Below, piece after piece: positions 37,696 to 47,056 of a stretch of DNA of 64,000 bases (position 1 is the stretch's first letter; the number at the start of each line of letters is the position of its first letter). The notes under the pieces are model-generated. The model saw only the letters and a list, made by a program, of their open reading frames with translations. It searched no databases and was not told the DNA's origin. A program made the translations under genes and the position numbers. Where the stretch lies: positions 5,300-69,299 of the forward strand of contig JARLIA010000001.1 of NCBI GenBank assembly GCA_031291955.1. Reading direction: 5' to 3'. This DNA is from Minisyncoccota bacterium. GTDB lineage: Bacteria > Patescibacteriota > Minisyncoccia > Moranbacterales > UBA2206.

Positions 37696-38907
37696 ATGTT
37701 AAAAAAAATATTTTTCATTATCTTAATTATCATTGTTTCCGGCATTAGCGGCATCACGGCCGACCATTATCTTTTTCCGTACCTGGCCTCGACGGATTTT
37801 TTCCAAGAGCATCAGTGGCTCAAAAAATCGGCCGAAAATACGACTATTATAAATAAAACAGAACAGGTTTACGTCAAAGAAGATTCATCCGTCGCCAAAC
37901 TCATGAGTCCAGTCACTTCGTCGATCGTGAATGTCATAAGTTATCCCAATCCGGACGCCAAGGTTAAAAATAAAACCGCATCGGATTTGGAAACCCAAGT
38001 CAAAAACGGTACCGGCGAAATCGTCACTAGTGACGGTTTGATTATGACTTATGCTGCCGCTATCAACTATGATCAGGTTAAAGATAATTCAAGCAGTCAG
38101 AGCGTGAACAATGCCGGGAGCGCGCTGGCGCCGACTTATAAATATAAAATACTGACCGGCGATGGCAATGCCTATGATGCGACTCTTCAAGGCGTTGATT
38201 CTTGGAGTGACTTGGCTTTTTTGAAAATTAACGCCAGCAATCTTCCAGTCGTTTCTTTTGGTAATTTCAGTGACTACCAAGCAGGGGAAAAAGTTATCGC
38301 TATCGGTAATAATTTTCCCGATTACGAAAATCGCTTTGACTCCGGCATCTTGAGCAGTTTTGATCCGACAGAAAACATTTCCGGCCAAACCTTAAGCGTG
38401 CCGGAAAAATTAGAAGGAGTTTTTAGGACTGATTTTTCCGCTGAGAACCCGCCGGTCGGCGGACCGGTTGTAGATTATTCCGGCCAAATTGTCGGCATTA
38501 TCGGTTCCGTTGAGAGTAATGGACAAACGGAATATTTTGAAATACCTACCGATAAAGTCCAATCCGTGTTGAATAAGGAAATCCAGAAGGGGTTTTCCGC
38601 TAATCCGATTCTGGGCATTTATTATTTGCCGATTACAAAGACCCTGTCTCTCACTGATAATTTAAATGTTGATCACGGCGCGCTGATTTATTCTTCTCTT
38701 GGCCAGCAGGGCTTGGCAGTGATTTCCGGCAGTCCGGCGCAAAAGGCCGGGCTTGAACTCGGGGACATCATTACCCAGGTTGACGGCAATGACGTTACGC
38801 TTTCAGACAATCTCTCTACTCAGCTTTATCAACACAAAACCGGCGACCAACTGAAGCTGACTGTTTGGCGCGCCGGGAAAACAATAGCGCTTGATGTACA
38901 GCTCTGA
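37696..38907 (+). CDS. HtrA-like trypsin-fold protein with a PDZ domain, predicted catalytically inactive (pseudo-protease)
   Basis: It aligns with the htrA at 32696. The His position is replaced (GLIMTYAAAIN vs GLIVTNRHVVD). The Asp is retained (SDLAFLKIN). The nucleophile Ser motif is replaced (PPVGGPVVD vs GNSGGPLLD). The PDZ-like C-terminus is retained (GSPAQKAGLELGDIITQVDGNDV). Confidence 0.6.
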   Translation: MLKKIFFIILIIIVSGISGITADHYLFPYLASTDFFQEHQWLKKSAENTTIINKTEQVYVKEDSSVAKLMSPVTSSIVNVISYPNPDAKVKNKTASDLETQVKNGTGEIVTSDGLIMTYAAAINYDQVKDNSSSQSVNNAGSALAPTYKYKILTGDGNAYDATLQGVDSWSDLAFLKINASNLPVVSFGNFSDYQAGEKVIAIGNNFPDYENRFDSGILSSFDPTENISGQTLSVPEKLEGVFRTDFSAENPPVGGPVVDYSGQIVGIIGSVESNGQTEYFEIPTDKVQSVLNKEIQKGFSANPILGIYYLPITKTLSLTDNLNVDHGALIYSSLGQQGLAVISGSPAQKAGLELGDIITQVDGNDVTLSDNLSTQLYQHKTGDQLKLTVWRAGKTIALDVQL

Positions 38908-38952
38908 TCTTTATTTGAAAAATCCCTTGTTTCATAGTAGAATTATAATACT

Positions 38953-39567
38953 ATGAGCATTTTCCATTTGACTTCTTTTTCGGCGGCTTTCGTCTGGGTA
39001 ATCGCCCACGGCTATTTTTTGATGTTCCTCGCCATGCTGGTTGAGGGGCCGATTGTCACAGCCGCGGCGGCTTTTGCCACGGCTTTTGGATATTTCGACA
39101 TTTGGATCGTTTTTCTTCTTTCCATCTTTGGCGACATTGTGGCGGATGTTATCTATTACGTTATTGGTTATTACAGCCGCATCACTGTTATCGAAAAATT
39201 CGGGCATCACTTCGGTCTCACCACGGAGCGCATGAAAAAAATTGAAGCGACTCTCAACAATCATCCTGTCCGGACGCTTCTGGCTCTAAAAATGACCCCT
39301 GTCCTGCCAACGCCCGGGCTCATGATGGTCGGCGCCACCCGGATGCGGCTCAAAAAATTCATCACCATATGCATTGCTTTCATTATCCCCAAGAGTATAT
39401 TTTTTATTGTCGTTGGTTATTATTTTGGCGCCGCCTATGAGTTGATTCTGAAACGCTTTGAAAGAGGGGGTATTATTTTAGGCCTGGTAGCGGTCGTCAT
39501 CATCTTTATCTACTACGCTTTCGGAAAGTTTAGTGCTCGCTTAGGAGAACGGGTTGAAAAACTTTGA
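38953..39567 (+). CDS. DedA/SNARE-associated (TVP38/TMEM64) family membrane protein
   Basis: The DedA pattern is present (…FGDIVADVIYYVIGYY…; LLALKMTPVLPTPGLMMVGATRM). Confidence 0.7.
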   Translation: MSIFHLTSFSAAFVWVIAHGYFLMFLAMLVEGPIVTAAAAFATAFGYFDIWIVFLLSIFGDIVADVIYYVIGYYSRITVIEKFGHHFGLTTERMKKIEATLNNHPVRTLLALKMTPVLPTPGLMMVGATRMRLKKFITICIAFIIPKSIFFIVVGYYFGAAYELILKRFERGGIILGLVAVVIIFIYYAFGKFSARLGERVEKL

Positions 39568-39590
39568 ATTGTGGTATAAAATACAAAGCA

Positions 39591-40793
39591 ATGAAGATAG
39601 CCATGTTTTCCGACAATTTTTATCCGGAAATGAGCGGGATATCAGATTCAATTGTTGCGACCGCCAAAGGACTGGCCAGTCATGGGCACAAGGTGAATTT
39701 TTACGTTCCCAGTCATCCGAAAAAGAATTTTTTAATTTCCAAACTGGAACCGAAAGAACTTGATCTTGGATCTAATATAGAAATTTTTCGTATTCCATCC
39801 CTCTTGTTTCCCGGAGCCCCGACCAAAGCGGGGAGGGCGGTGTTGCCTTTTCTTTTCACTTACCGCCACATTAAGAAATTCAAGCCTGATTTTATCCATG
39901 TTCACCATAATTTCGGCGCCGGGTTCGAGGCTTTGATGGTATCTCGACTTCTAGGCATTCCACTTATCGGCACCAATCACACGCCGATGAGCGAGTTTAT
40001 GAAATACAGTCCGATCAAAAATAAATGGGCTGAGAAGGCCATGCTTAAATATGTTAGCTGGTTTTATAATAAATGCCTTTGGGTTTCCTCGCCGAGTCAG
40101 GCCATACTCTCGGAAATGAGACATTACGGATTCCATCAGTCGGGATTTGCGGTATCCAATCCGGTCAATGTTTCCGATTTTAATCCGGTGAATGAAATTA
40201 AGAAGTTGGAATTAAAAAATAAATTCCGTTTGACATCAAAAACGGTTCTCTATACCGGAAGATTGGCCGAGGAAAAAAAAATCAGCGACATCATCCGGGC
40301 CATCGCCATTGTCCAGAAAAAATATTCCGATATTTCTTTCGCGATTACTGGCCATGGCAACGCCGAAGAAAAACTTAAGAAACTAGTGATTGACTTAAAA
40401 CTGGAGGATAACGTGAAATTTTTCGGATACGTAGATTGGAATGAATTCCCCAAACTTTATCAGGCTTGTGATATTTTCGCAGTTATGAGCACGGCCGAAA
40501 CCCAATGTATCAGCATGATGCAGGCCATGGCGACCGGTATTCCGGTGATTGGCGCCAATGCTTGGGGAATCCCGGAATATATCTCACCCGAATGCGGATA
40601 TGTTGTCGAGCCGGGGGATTATAAGGCGTTAGCCGATAAAATAATTTATCTCTTCGACCACTCCAAAGAAATGAAAAAAATGGGCCAAGGCGGAATCGAA
40701 CATGTCAAGAATTTTTCCGAAGAAAATATTATGCTAAAATGGGAAAAGATATATCAGGAACAATTGGAAAAAATAAAATCTGAAGTTAAATAA
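39591..40793 (+). CDS. glycosyltransferase family 4
   Basis: The GT4 pattern is present (MKIAMFSDNFYPEMSGISD…; C-terminal MSTAETQCISMMQAMATGIPVIGANAWGIPEYI). Confidence 0.8.
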   Translation: MKIAMFSDNFYPEMSGISDSIVATAKGLASHGHKVNFYVPSHPKKNFLISKLEPKELDLGSNIEIFRIPSLLFPGAPTKAGRAVLPFLFTYRHIKKFKPDFIHVHHNFGAGFEALMVSRLLGIPLIGTNHTPMSEFMKYSPIKNKWAEKAMLKYVSWFYNKCLWVSSPSQAILSEMRHYGFHQSGFAVSNPVNVSDFNPVNEIKKLELKNKFRLTSKTVLYTGRLAEEKKISDIIRAIAIVQKKYSDISFAITGHGNAEEKLKKLVIDLKLEDNVKFFGYVDWNEFPKLYQACDIFAVMSTAETQCISMMQAMATGIPVIGANAWGIPEYISPECGYVVEPGDYKALADKIIYLFDHSKEMKKMGQGGIEHVKNFSEENIMLKWEKIYQEQLEKIKSEVK

Positions 40794-40798
40794 TCAAT

Positions 40799-41548
40799 AT
40801 GAAACTCTCATTTGTCATTCCAGCTTGGAATGAAGAAAAATATATCGCCCGGACACTGGACTCTGTCATTCGCCAGGTGAAAAAGAGCGGACGCGACATT
40901 GAGATAATTGTCGTCAACAATGCCAGTCGTGACCGGACTGGTGAAATTGCTCGACAGTATCCGGACGTCATTGTAGTGGATGAACCGCGGAAGGGCTTGC
41001 CGCAAGCCCGCCAGGCCGGATTTTTGGCCGCGAGCGGCGATTTGATTGCCAATATGGACGCGGATTCCATCCTGCCGGAAGGCTGGATCGAGAAAACATA
41101 TGAACATTTTTCCAATGACCCCAAATTGGCTTCTTTAAGTGGACCATATCAATATTATGAATATTCTGCTCCCCAGAATTTTATTGTCAGTCTCTATTAT
41201 GTGCCAGCCTTCATGGCTCATTCCATTGGCCGTCGACTCTTTGGAAAAGGCGGGATTATCCAGGGTGGCAATTTTGTTCTGAAGCGCTCGGCGCTGGAGC
41301 GGGTTGGTGGGTTCAATACTGATATCAAATTTTACGGCGAAGACACGGATATTGCCCGCCGCATCCAGGCGGCCGGCAAGGTGAAATTCGATTTTAGCTT
41401 CAAGATGACTACTTCCGCCCGCCGTCTCCAGAAAGACGGATTCTGGAAAACAGCCTGGCGATATTCCATTAATCACTTTTGGATACTTCTCTTCAAAAAA
41501 CCGTTCACTCAAAGCTACACTTGCGTTGGAAATGATGATGTGAAATAA
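40799..41548 (+). CDS. glycosyltransferase family 2
   Basis: It has the GT-A fold pattern (LSFVIPAWNEEKYIARTLDSV…VVNNASRDRT…DADS DxD-type motif). Confidence 0.8.
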   Translation: MKLSFVIPAWNEEKYIARTLDSVIRQVKKSGRDIEIIVVNNASRDRTGEIARQYPDVIVVDEPRKGLPQARQAGFLAASGDLIANMDADSILPEGWIEKTYEHFSNDPKLASLSGPYQYYEYSAPQNFIVSLYYVPAFMAHSIGRRLFGKGGIIQGGNFVLKRSALERVGGFNTDIKFYGEDTDIARRIQAAGKVKFDFSFKMTTSARRLQKDGFWKTAWRYSINHFWILLFKKPFTQSYTCVGNDDVK

Positions 41549-41590
41549 ACTACGGGCGCCAAAAAAATAAAAACGAAGCCCGTTTTTTAA

Positions 41591-42073
41591 ATGTTTAATT
41601 TTTTTTCTATGGTTAGCAAAATAAAAAAAATAAAACCTCTCTTTGACATTAGGAAGCAGAACAAGCGAAAAATGTTTATCGTGTTGGTTTCTTTTCTCGC
41701 TGCCTTTGCCGTGGCTCATCTTTATGCCCTTCATTTTACCCATTACGTCTACATCAAGGGCTATCACATCCATCACTTTTATTTCGGCACAGTCGCTTTG
41801 GCGCTGGGCGGAATTTTGGGCATTTTGAATGACAGCCACCACAAACGGCGCATTGAGTTTGCCAGCGCGCTGATCGGAATCGGAATGGGATTGTTTGCCG
41901 ACGAAATCGGTCTGCTTCTCAATTGTACCAGCCAGAACCATCTTTGCGCTTATGCTTTCCCAGATACCGGTGACATCATTATGACCATCGCCATCATAAT
42001 CATTTTTCTAATTGCTTTAGCCGATTCGGACATTGAGGCCCTGAAGAAGAAATATTTCAAAAATAAAAGTTAA
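41591..42073 (+). CDS. His-rich membrane protein, function unknown
   Basis: It has 4 TM helices and a His-rich motif (HFTHYVYIKGYHIHHFYFG). Confidence 0.4.
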   Translation: MFNFFSMVSKIKKIKPLFDIRKQNKRKMFIVLVSFLAAFAVAHLYALHFTHYVYIKGYHIHHFYFGTVALALGGILGILNDSHHKRRIEFASALIGIGMGLFADEIGLLLNCTSQNHLCAYAFPDTGDIIMTIAIIIIFLIALADSDIEALKKKYFKNKS

Positions 42074-43608
42074 TCCAGTTCACTTACGACCGGCTTTTCA
42101 CGTTTCGCCATTTTAAGGAGGATATTCAAATCTTCCTTTTTTAATTCCCGCAGAAAATAAAGAATGGAAAGGTAGAGTGCGAACAGGATGGCCGACCAGA
42201 GAATAAAGAAATAGCTGTTGCGGGAAAAAGCGAAAGCGGCGACCGTCATGACCAGCGCGGCCATGATCATCTTCCAAAAACTTTTTGATTTGAATATATA
42301 TCCAAACTCATGGTAAGTATAGACAAGCGTAAAGAGCATGATCGCGAGAGCCATAAGAGCTGTCCCGGAAGCAGCACCGATGAGCCCGTATATTTTAATG
42401 AGAAAATAGGTGACAATTGTGTTGAGGAAAAGTCCGATGAGGGCGGCGTACATCGGAATCTTGACTTTGCCGGCACCATTAAGAATGAAAGTCAGGACGT
42501 AAAAAACAGTCAAAAATCCTTCGGCAAAAACATAAATCGACATCACCGGCGCCGAAAGTGCGAAGCGCTTAGAAAAGAAAACCACCATGAGAGGGAAAGA
42601 GAAATAAGACATCAGGATGCAAACGGGAATCAAAAGCATCACCAAAAAACGCAGAGATTGACTAACAATCTTTTTCGTTTCGGTGTCCTGTCCGGCTGAG
42701 GTCGTTTTGGAAACAGCCGGCAAAAGGACGATTGTGAGGGCGTAGAAAAGATTGTAGGGGATGGTGCCGACGGTGTAAGCCGCGTTATATAGTCCAGTTT
42801 GGATATCCGAACGGAGAATGCCCTTGACCAGATAAAGGTCGATGGTGTTTAAGAATTGGTAAGCGATCAAAAAAATCGTGACCGGCCAAGCGAAGGCGGC
42901 CAGTTTTTTCCAGTCAAATGAAGATTGTGAATTTTCCTGCGTAGAGACGCGATTAATCGCGTCTCTACCCGGCGCGACCTGGAATTCTTTCTTAATTTTA
43001 AATTTATCAATGGCTAATCCTAATAAAAATAATACGAACGGCGCGGCGGCATAACCCAAAATCGCTCCCTGAACGGCCAGTCCGCGCGGCCGGAGAAGCA
43101 GGGTCAGGCCAATGATGAAAACCATCCGCAAGACGCCCCGACTGGTTTTGAGCCAAGCTTGGATTTTAAATTTATGAAGGCCGGTGTAATAGTAGAAATA
43201 AAAAGAGGCTGCCGCAAAAGCCGGGATCACCAAAGTTGAAAGTCGAAATAGATTTGTCAGACTCGGATCATGAAGGATGCGCGCGATGACCGGCGAAAGA
43301 AAATAGAACGCGATCGTCACTACTCCGATCAGAATAATTTGGATTTTGATCGTTTGTTTTTTGATGGCAGCCACCATTCCTTTGTCTGTTTCGAAAATCT
43401 CGCTTAAATATTTGGACATGGCTGTGGGCACGCTCTGTCCGATCAGCACCACTGTCATAGTGGTCAGTGTTACGATGATTCCGAAAACGCCATATTCAGC
43501 CGGCCCCAAGACCCGCCCCATCGTCACCTGGATAACATAAGACGAGAGATTGAAAATAATCTCCGAGATAGTAACGATCAGCGTTGATTTGGCGAGAAAA
43601 TTAGGCAT
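42070..43608 (-). CDS. oligosaccharide flippase (Wzx-like, MOP/polysaccharide biosynthesis protein family)
   Basis: The product is 512 aa with about 14 TM helices and the polysaccharide-biosynthesis-protein architecture. It contains an internal 28-bp perfect palindrome at 42941-42968. Confidence 0.75.
   Translation of the reverse strand: MPNFLAKSTLIVTISEIIFNLSSYVIQVTMGRVLGPAEYGVFGIIVTLTTMTVVLIGQSVPTAMSKYLSEIFETDKGMVAAIKKQTIKIQIILIGVVTIAFYFLSPVIARILHDPSLTNLFRLSTLVIPAFAAASFYFYYYTGLHKFKIQAWLKTSRGVLRMVFIIGLTLLLRPRGLAVQGAILGYAAAPFVLFLLGLAIDKFKIKKEFQVAPGRDAINRVSTQENSQSSFDWKKLAAFAWPVTIFLIAYQFLNTIDLYLVKGILRSDIQTGLYNAAYTVGTIPYNLFYALTIVLLPAVSKTTSAGQDTETKKIVSQSLRFLVMLLIPVCILMSYFSFPLMVVFFSKRFALSAPVMSIYVFAEGFLTVFYVLTFILNGAGKVKIPMYAALIGLFLNTIVTYFLIKIYGLIGAASGTALMALAIMLFTLVYTYHEFGYIFKSKSFWKMIMAALVMTVAAFAFSRNSYFFILWSAILFALYLSILYFLRELKKEDLNILLKMAKREKPVVSELD
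42941..42968. repeat. 28-bp perfect palindrome inside the flippase CDS (GTAGAGACGCGATTAATCGCGTCTCTAC)
   Basis: Verified base by base. It encodes …PGRDAINRVST… in a predicted cytoplasmic loop of the Wzx-like protein. Confidence 0.9.
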
Positions 43609-43611
43609 TAT

Positions 43612-44199
43612 CTATATTGATAAATTTTTTATTTCTTCAAAAATTTCTTCTTTTCCGCGGCTACCATCAATAACTTTCAAATTCCACTCGGAAATTTTGG
43701 CGTCATATAATTCTTTTTTCTTTGCCAGATATTCCAAACCCTGGTCCGGTTTTCTTTCACGAGACATGATGAGAGCAGGGGAGAGTTGGAGATAAATGGC
43801 CACATCAGGCGTGAGAATGCTGTCCGTAGTGGGAAAAAATTTTTGCCCACTACGCGATTCATCCAGATATTCGATATTCACCAGTGAATCATAAAAATAC
43901 CGATCGCTTAAAATATAATCATAACCGGATTTACGTAGTTGATTACGTAAACACCCAAAACGCCAAATGTCGATCCGCAAAAATATTTTCCGGAGCCAAA
44001 TCTGCAGCGGCGACGCTTTGGTCACGCTCTTGCTCTCGCCAGGGTTTTCGTTTTTACCTGACAATTTATTGGCCAGGGAGAAAGTTATCGCGTGGAAATA
44101 AAAAACTTTGGAACCATGCGATTCCAAATATTTTTGCAACAATTTTATCTGGGTTGATTTCCCGGATCCGTCCAGGCCGGAAATAGTAACAATCTTCAT
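43612..44199 (-). CDS. thymidylate kinase-family P-loop kinase (divergent)
   Basis: It has the Tmk-type P-loop (MKIVTISGLDGSGKSTQ), a DRY motif (ILSDRYFYDSLVN) and a lid-like segment (PDVAIYLQLSPALIMSRERKPDQG). It lacks the canonical REPGG motif. The start is taken at the internal ATG at 44199. Confidence 0.55.
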   Translation of the reverse strand: MKIVTISGLDGSGKSTQIKLLQKYLESHGSKVFYFHAITFSLANKLSGKNENPGESKSVTKASPLQIWLRKIFLRIDIWRFGCLRNQLRKSGYDYILSDRYFYDSLVNIEYLDESRSGQKFFPTTDSILTPDVAIYLQLSPALIMSRERKPDQGLEYLAKKKELYDAKISEWNLKVIDGSRGKEEIFEEIKNLSI

Positions 44200-44209
44200 A
44201 ACTTTAAAT

Positions 44210-45715
44210 CTAATACATAATGACTGCCACTGGTTGCATCTTGGCCACGACATGGGCGATGCCGTTGACTTCGACGCCTTCAATCACGCGGTTGATATCT
44301 TTGTAACGAGCGGAGTCTTGTTTAATAACGGTCGAGGATTGGGCATTGTAGAGTTTGACACCCTTAGCTGCCATCTTGGCGAATAATTCACTTTTATTCG
44401 CGATTGATTTTTCGTTCTTGTTCTGGCCTTTGCCGGTGCCGTGCGGGGCGGAAAAGAAACTTTCCTCGTTCCGGTCGGTGCCGACGCAAATGTAGGCATC
44501 AGTCGCCATAGAAGAGGGGATGAAGGCCGGTTCGCCGGTTTTTTTGTATACCGGATGCTTAGTCTTGGCTGGACCGAAAGCGCGGGAAGTGTTACTGCGG
44601 TGGACCCAGACATCTTGTCCAAAATGATTTTCTTTGGAAATCGAGATATGCGGCATGTCATAGACCAGATCCAGTTCTGGATCACGTCCGAACATATTTT
44701 TAATCGTCTCCGAAATGTTGTGGGTGATGACCGCCCGGTTAGCGGTGCCGAAGTTCGATGCGGCCGCCCGAGCTTGCATATAGAGCTTGCCGTCCGGTCC
44801 GTCGCCGTCATATTTCAAAAGCGATTCGTCTCCGGCCATATGATTTTTGATTTTTTCCTGCATTTTGCGGTAGGCCTCTTTTTTCCGGGTGCTGAAAGTC
44901 AACTTTCCCAAAGTCACCATCGCGGCCTGCGAAAAGTGTTCGCGTTTTTTGGCGGTGTGGGTATACATCGTATATTGCCCCAAAATTCCCGAGCCGGTGT
45001 GGATCATAAAAAGATACTGGCCTTTCTTGAGACCCATGATTTTAGCCGTCTCTGGATCAATGACGTCGCCGACTTTCATGAGATCCAAAAAGTGGTTGCC
45101 GGCCGCTCCCAGGACGCCGAGGCGAAATTTGGCAAAAAACAAGTAGAGTTTGGGAATGACGTCAAAAATATCCTGGCGCATTATCTCGCCTGTGAAAAAA
45201 TTTCCGCCGTTCTGGGTGTTTTCCAGTTCATTTTTGGTTTTGATTTTTAAATAATCAATGATAGCCGAAGTGCCTTTCCGGCAAACGTCCACCACGACAT
45301 TAAATGGCACCTTCGTACCCATAAATCTTTTGGTTGGCACGGACTCGACCAGTTCTTTGAATAATTTATCAACATTTTCTGGCGAAAAATTTTCCTCAGT
45401 CAGACTGGTTTTTATGAGGCGCATCCCACAGTTTGGATCGGAATCATTGACCTGGGGAAGGATATATTTTTCCGAAACAATCACCGTTCCGGAAGCATTC
45501 TTCCGGCCGGGCTTCGAACAGACATCTGGCATGGCGACCGTCTGGCGAAATAGAGTATTCTTGTTTGAAGCAACGTCTTCCGCTTTGGCAAAAGTTTCTT
45601 CGTCTGGCAAAAGATCCCGGCTCATGAAAAACCGGCTGGGAACAGACATCTTTTCCGTTTTGAAATCATATTGATGCGGAGTGATTTCCTTGAGATTTTT
45701 TTCTTTATAGCCCAT
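44210..45715 (-). CDS. rtcB: RtcB-family RNA 3'-phosphate/5'-OH ligase
   Basis: RtcB hallmarks are present: metal/GMP-site motifs (AMPDVCSKPG…; DPNCGMRL; HTGSGILG) and a C-terminal …SAPHGTGKG…KMQPVAVIMY resembling the conserved RtcB C-terminus. The 501-aa product is of archaeal/eukaryotic-type length. Confidence 0.75.
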   Translation of the reverse strand: MGYKEKNLKEITPHQYDFKTEKMSVPSRFFMSRDLLPDEETFAKAEDVASNKNTLFRQTVAMPDVCSKPGRKNASGTVIVSEKYILPQVNDSDPNCGMRLIKTSLTEENFSPENVDKLFKELVESVPTKRFMGTKVPFNVVVDVCRKGTSAIIDYLKIKTKNELENTQNGGNFFTGEIMRQDIFDVIPKLYLFFAKFRLGVLGAAGNHFLDLMKVGDVIDPETAKIMGLKKGQYLFMIHTGSGILGQYTMYTHTAKKREHFSQAAMVTLGKLTFSTRKKEAYRKMQEKIKNHMAGDESLLKYDGDGPDGKLYMQARAAASNFGTANRAVITHNISETIKNMFGRDPELDLVYDMPHISISKENHFGQDVWVHRSNTSRAFGPAKTKHPVYKKTGEPAFIPSSMATDAYICVGTDRNEESFFSAPHGTGKGQNKNEKSIANKSELFAKMAAKGVKLYNAQSSTVIKQDSARYKDINRVIEGVEVNGIAHVVAKMQPVAVIMY

Positions 45716-45720
45716 AATGG

Positions 45721-46836
45721 TTACATTTTTTCGTATGTTTGCTTATAAATCTCCGCGATTTTTTTAATGTCAAATCTTTCTTCGACAAATTTCCTCGCTT
45801 CCTGGCCGATGTTCGCGCGTTTTTCCGGTGACTTATATAAATCCAAAACCGCCGCGACCAATTGCGCTTGATTGCCTTTTTCTATTATAACAGAATTTTG
45901 TCCATTCGACAGCTCGGAAAGAATCGGCAAATCGGAAAGAATGACCGGTTTTTCGCAGGCCATGGCCTCCACGACTGCCAGGGGAATGTCAAATTTTCCT
46001 TTCATGTCGCTGACAGGAAATAAGCTCACGTCACATAGATTATAAACATCCGCCATTTTGTAGCTACCGTCGTCAAAAAAAGAAACTTTTTCGAGCAGAT
46101 TATTTTCTTCCAATTTTTTAACCACCTCGGTTTTTTTGCGGGCATCTTTCTCGTTCTTTATCCGGGCTGCCATAGACAATTTGGCGGCAGGGATTTTTTT
46201 GGCTACTTCGATAAAGCTATCAACAACAATATCGATTGCCCCCAGGCGCGTGTACTCGCCGGTAAAATTAATCACAAAATCTTTCTCGCCGATATTTTTC
46301 TTTTGCATCAAGGCGCTGTCCTTTTCCGCCTTCTTGTATTCTACAATGTCTATTCCCGGGTAGACGCGCTTGACGTTGCCAAATCCCAATGAGTTCAATT
46401 TGTTTTTGGCGTAATCGGAATAAGTAATGATGATATCTCCAAACATCAGCTTTTTTATTTCTTCATCAGAATATAAATCTTGGCGCAAAGTGGCGACCGT
46501 TTGGATGGTTCTGGTTTTTTTGGATTTAAGAAAATTTTTCAGGAAAAAAGAATTAAGCTTGGTCGGAGTGAAAAAGTGATGGGCGACGTCAAAAGCATTC
46601 TTATTCTTGAATTGAAAAAACAGCGATCTCAGTTTTTGGGAAAAGGTAAAATCGTTTTGCGAGGAAGTGTAGATCGGATGCTGAACGATATTTTTCCCCA
46701 ATTCCGGCAAAATTCCTTTGGTCAGAAGATGCATTTCGAGCGTATCCAAATTTCTGGCCAGATAATAGGCAAAATTTTTGGACGCCTCGTCCCACGGCGG
46801 CGCAATCGGCCGGGTAATGAGCAATATTTTTTTCAT
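45721..46836 (-). CDS. glycosyltransferase (GT-B fold, GT4-like)
   Basis: It has a C-terminal GT4 motif (EAMACEKPVILSDLPILSEL) and is the first gene of the minus-strand operon. Confidence 0.7.
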   Translation of the reverse strand: MKKILLITRPIAPPWDEASKNFAYYLARNLDTLEMHLLTKGILPELGKNIVQHPIYTSSQNDFTFSQKLRSLFFQFKNKNAFDVAHHFFTPTKLNSFFLKNFLKSKKTRTIQTVATLRQDLYSDEEIKKLMFGDIIITYSDYAKNKLNSLGFGNVKRVYPGIDIVEYKKAEKDSALMQKKNIGEKDFVINFTGEYTRLGAIDIVVDSFIEVAKKIPAAKLSMAARIKNEKDARKKTEVVKKLEENNLLEKVSFFDDGSYKMADVYNLCDVSLFPVSDMKGKFDIPLAVVEAMACEKPVILSDLPILSELSNGQNSVIIEKGNQAQLVAAVLDLYKSPEKRANIGQEARKFVEERFDIKKIAEIYKQTYEKM

Positions 46837-47056
46837 GTGAAATAAATTTCAGTTATATTCGTACTAAACTTTAGAACCTTTAATTTCAGCCCAAATGACG
46901 AATTTTGAGGTTTGCATCGCAAATCTCGGGAATCGTCTGGCAATTCGGCTCGGCAGTGAATTTGGTTCGGATGGTTTTTGTATAAAACCATCCATGAGTA
47001 TAGCTATGCTATATTCTCCACATCCAACCAATTCACTTCCGAGTCTTTTTCTTTTG

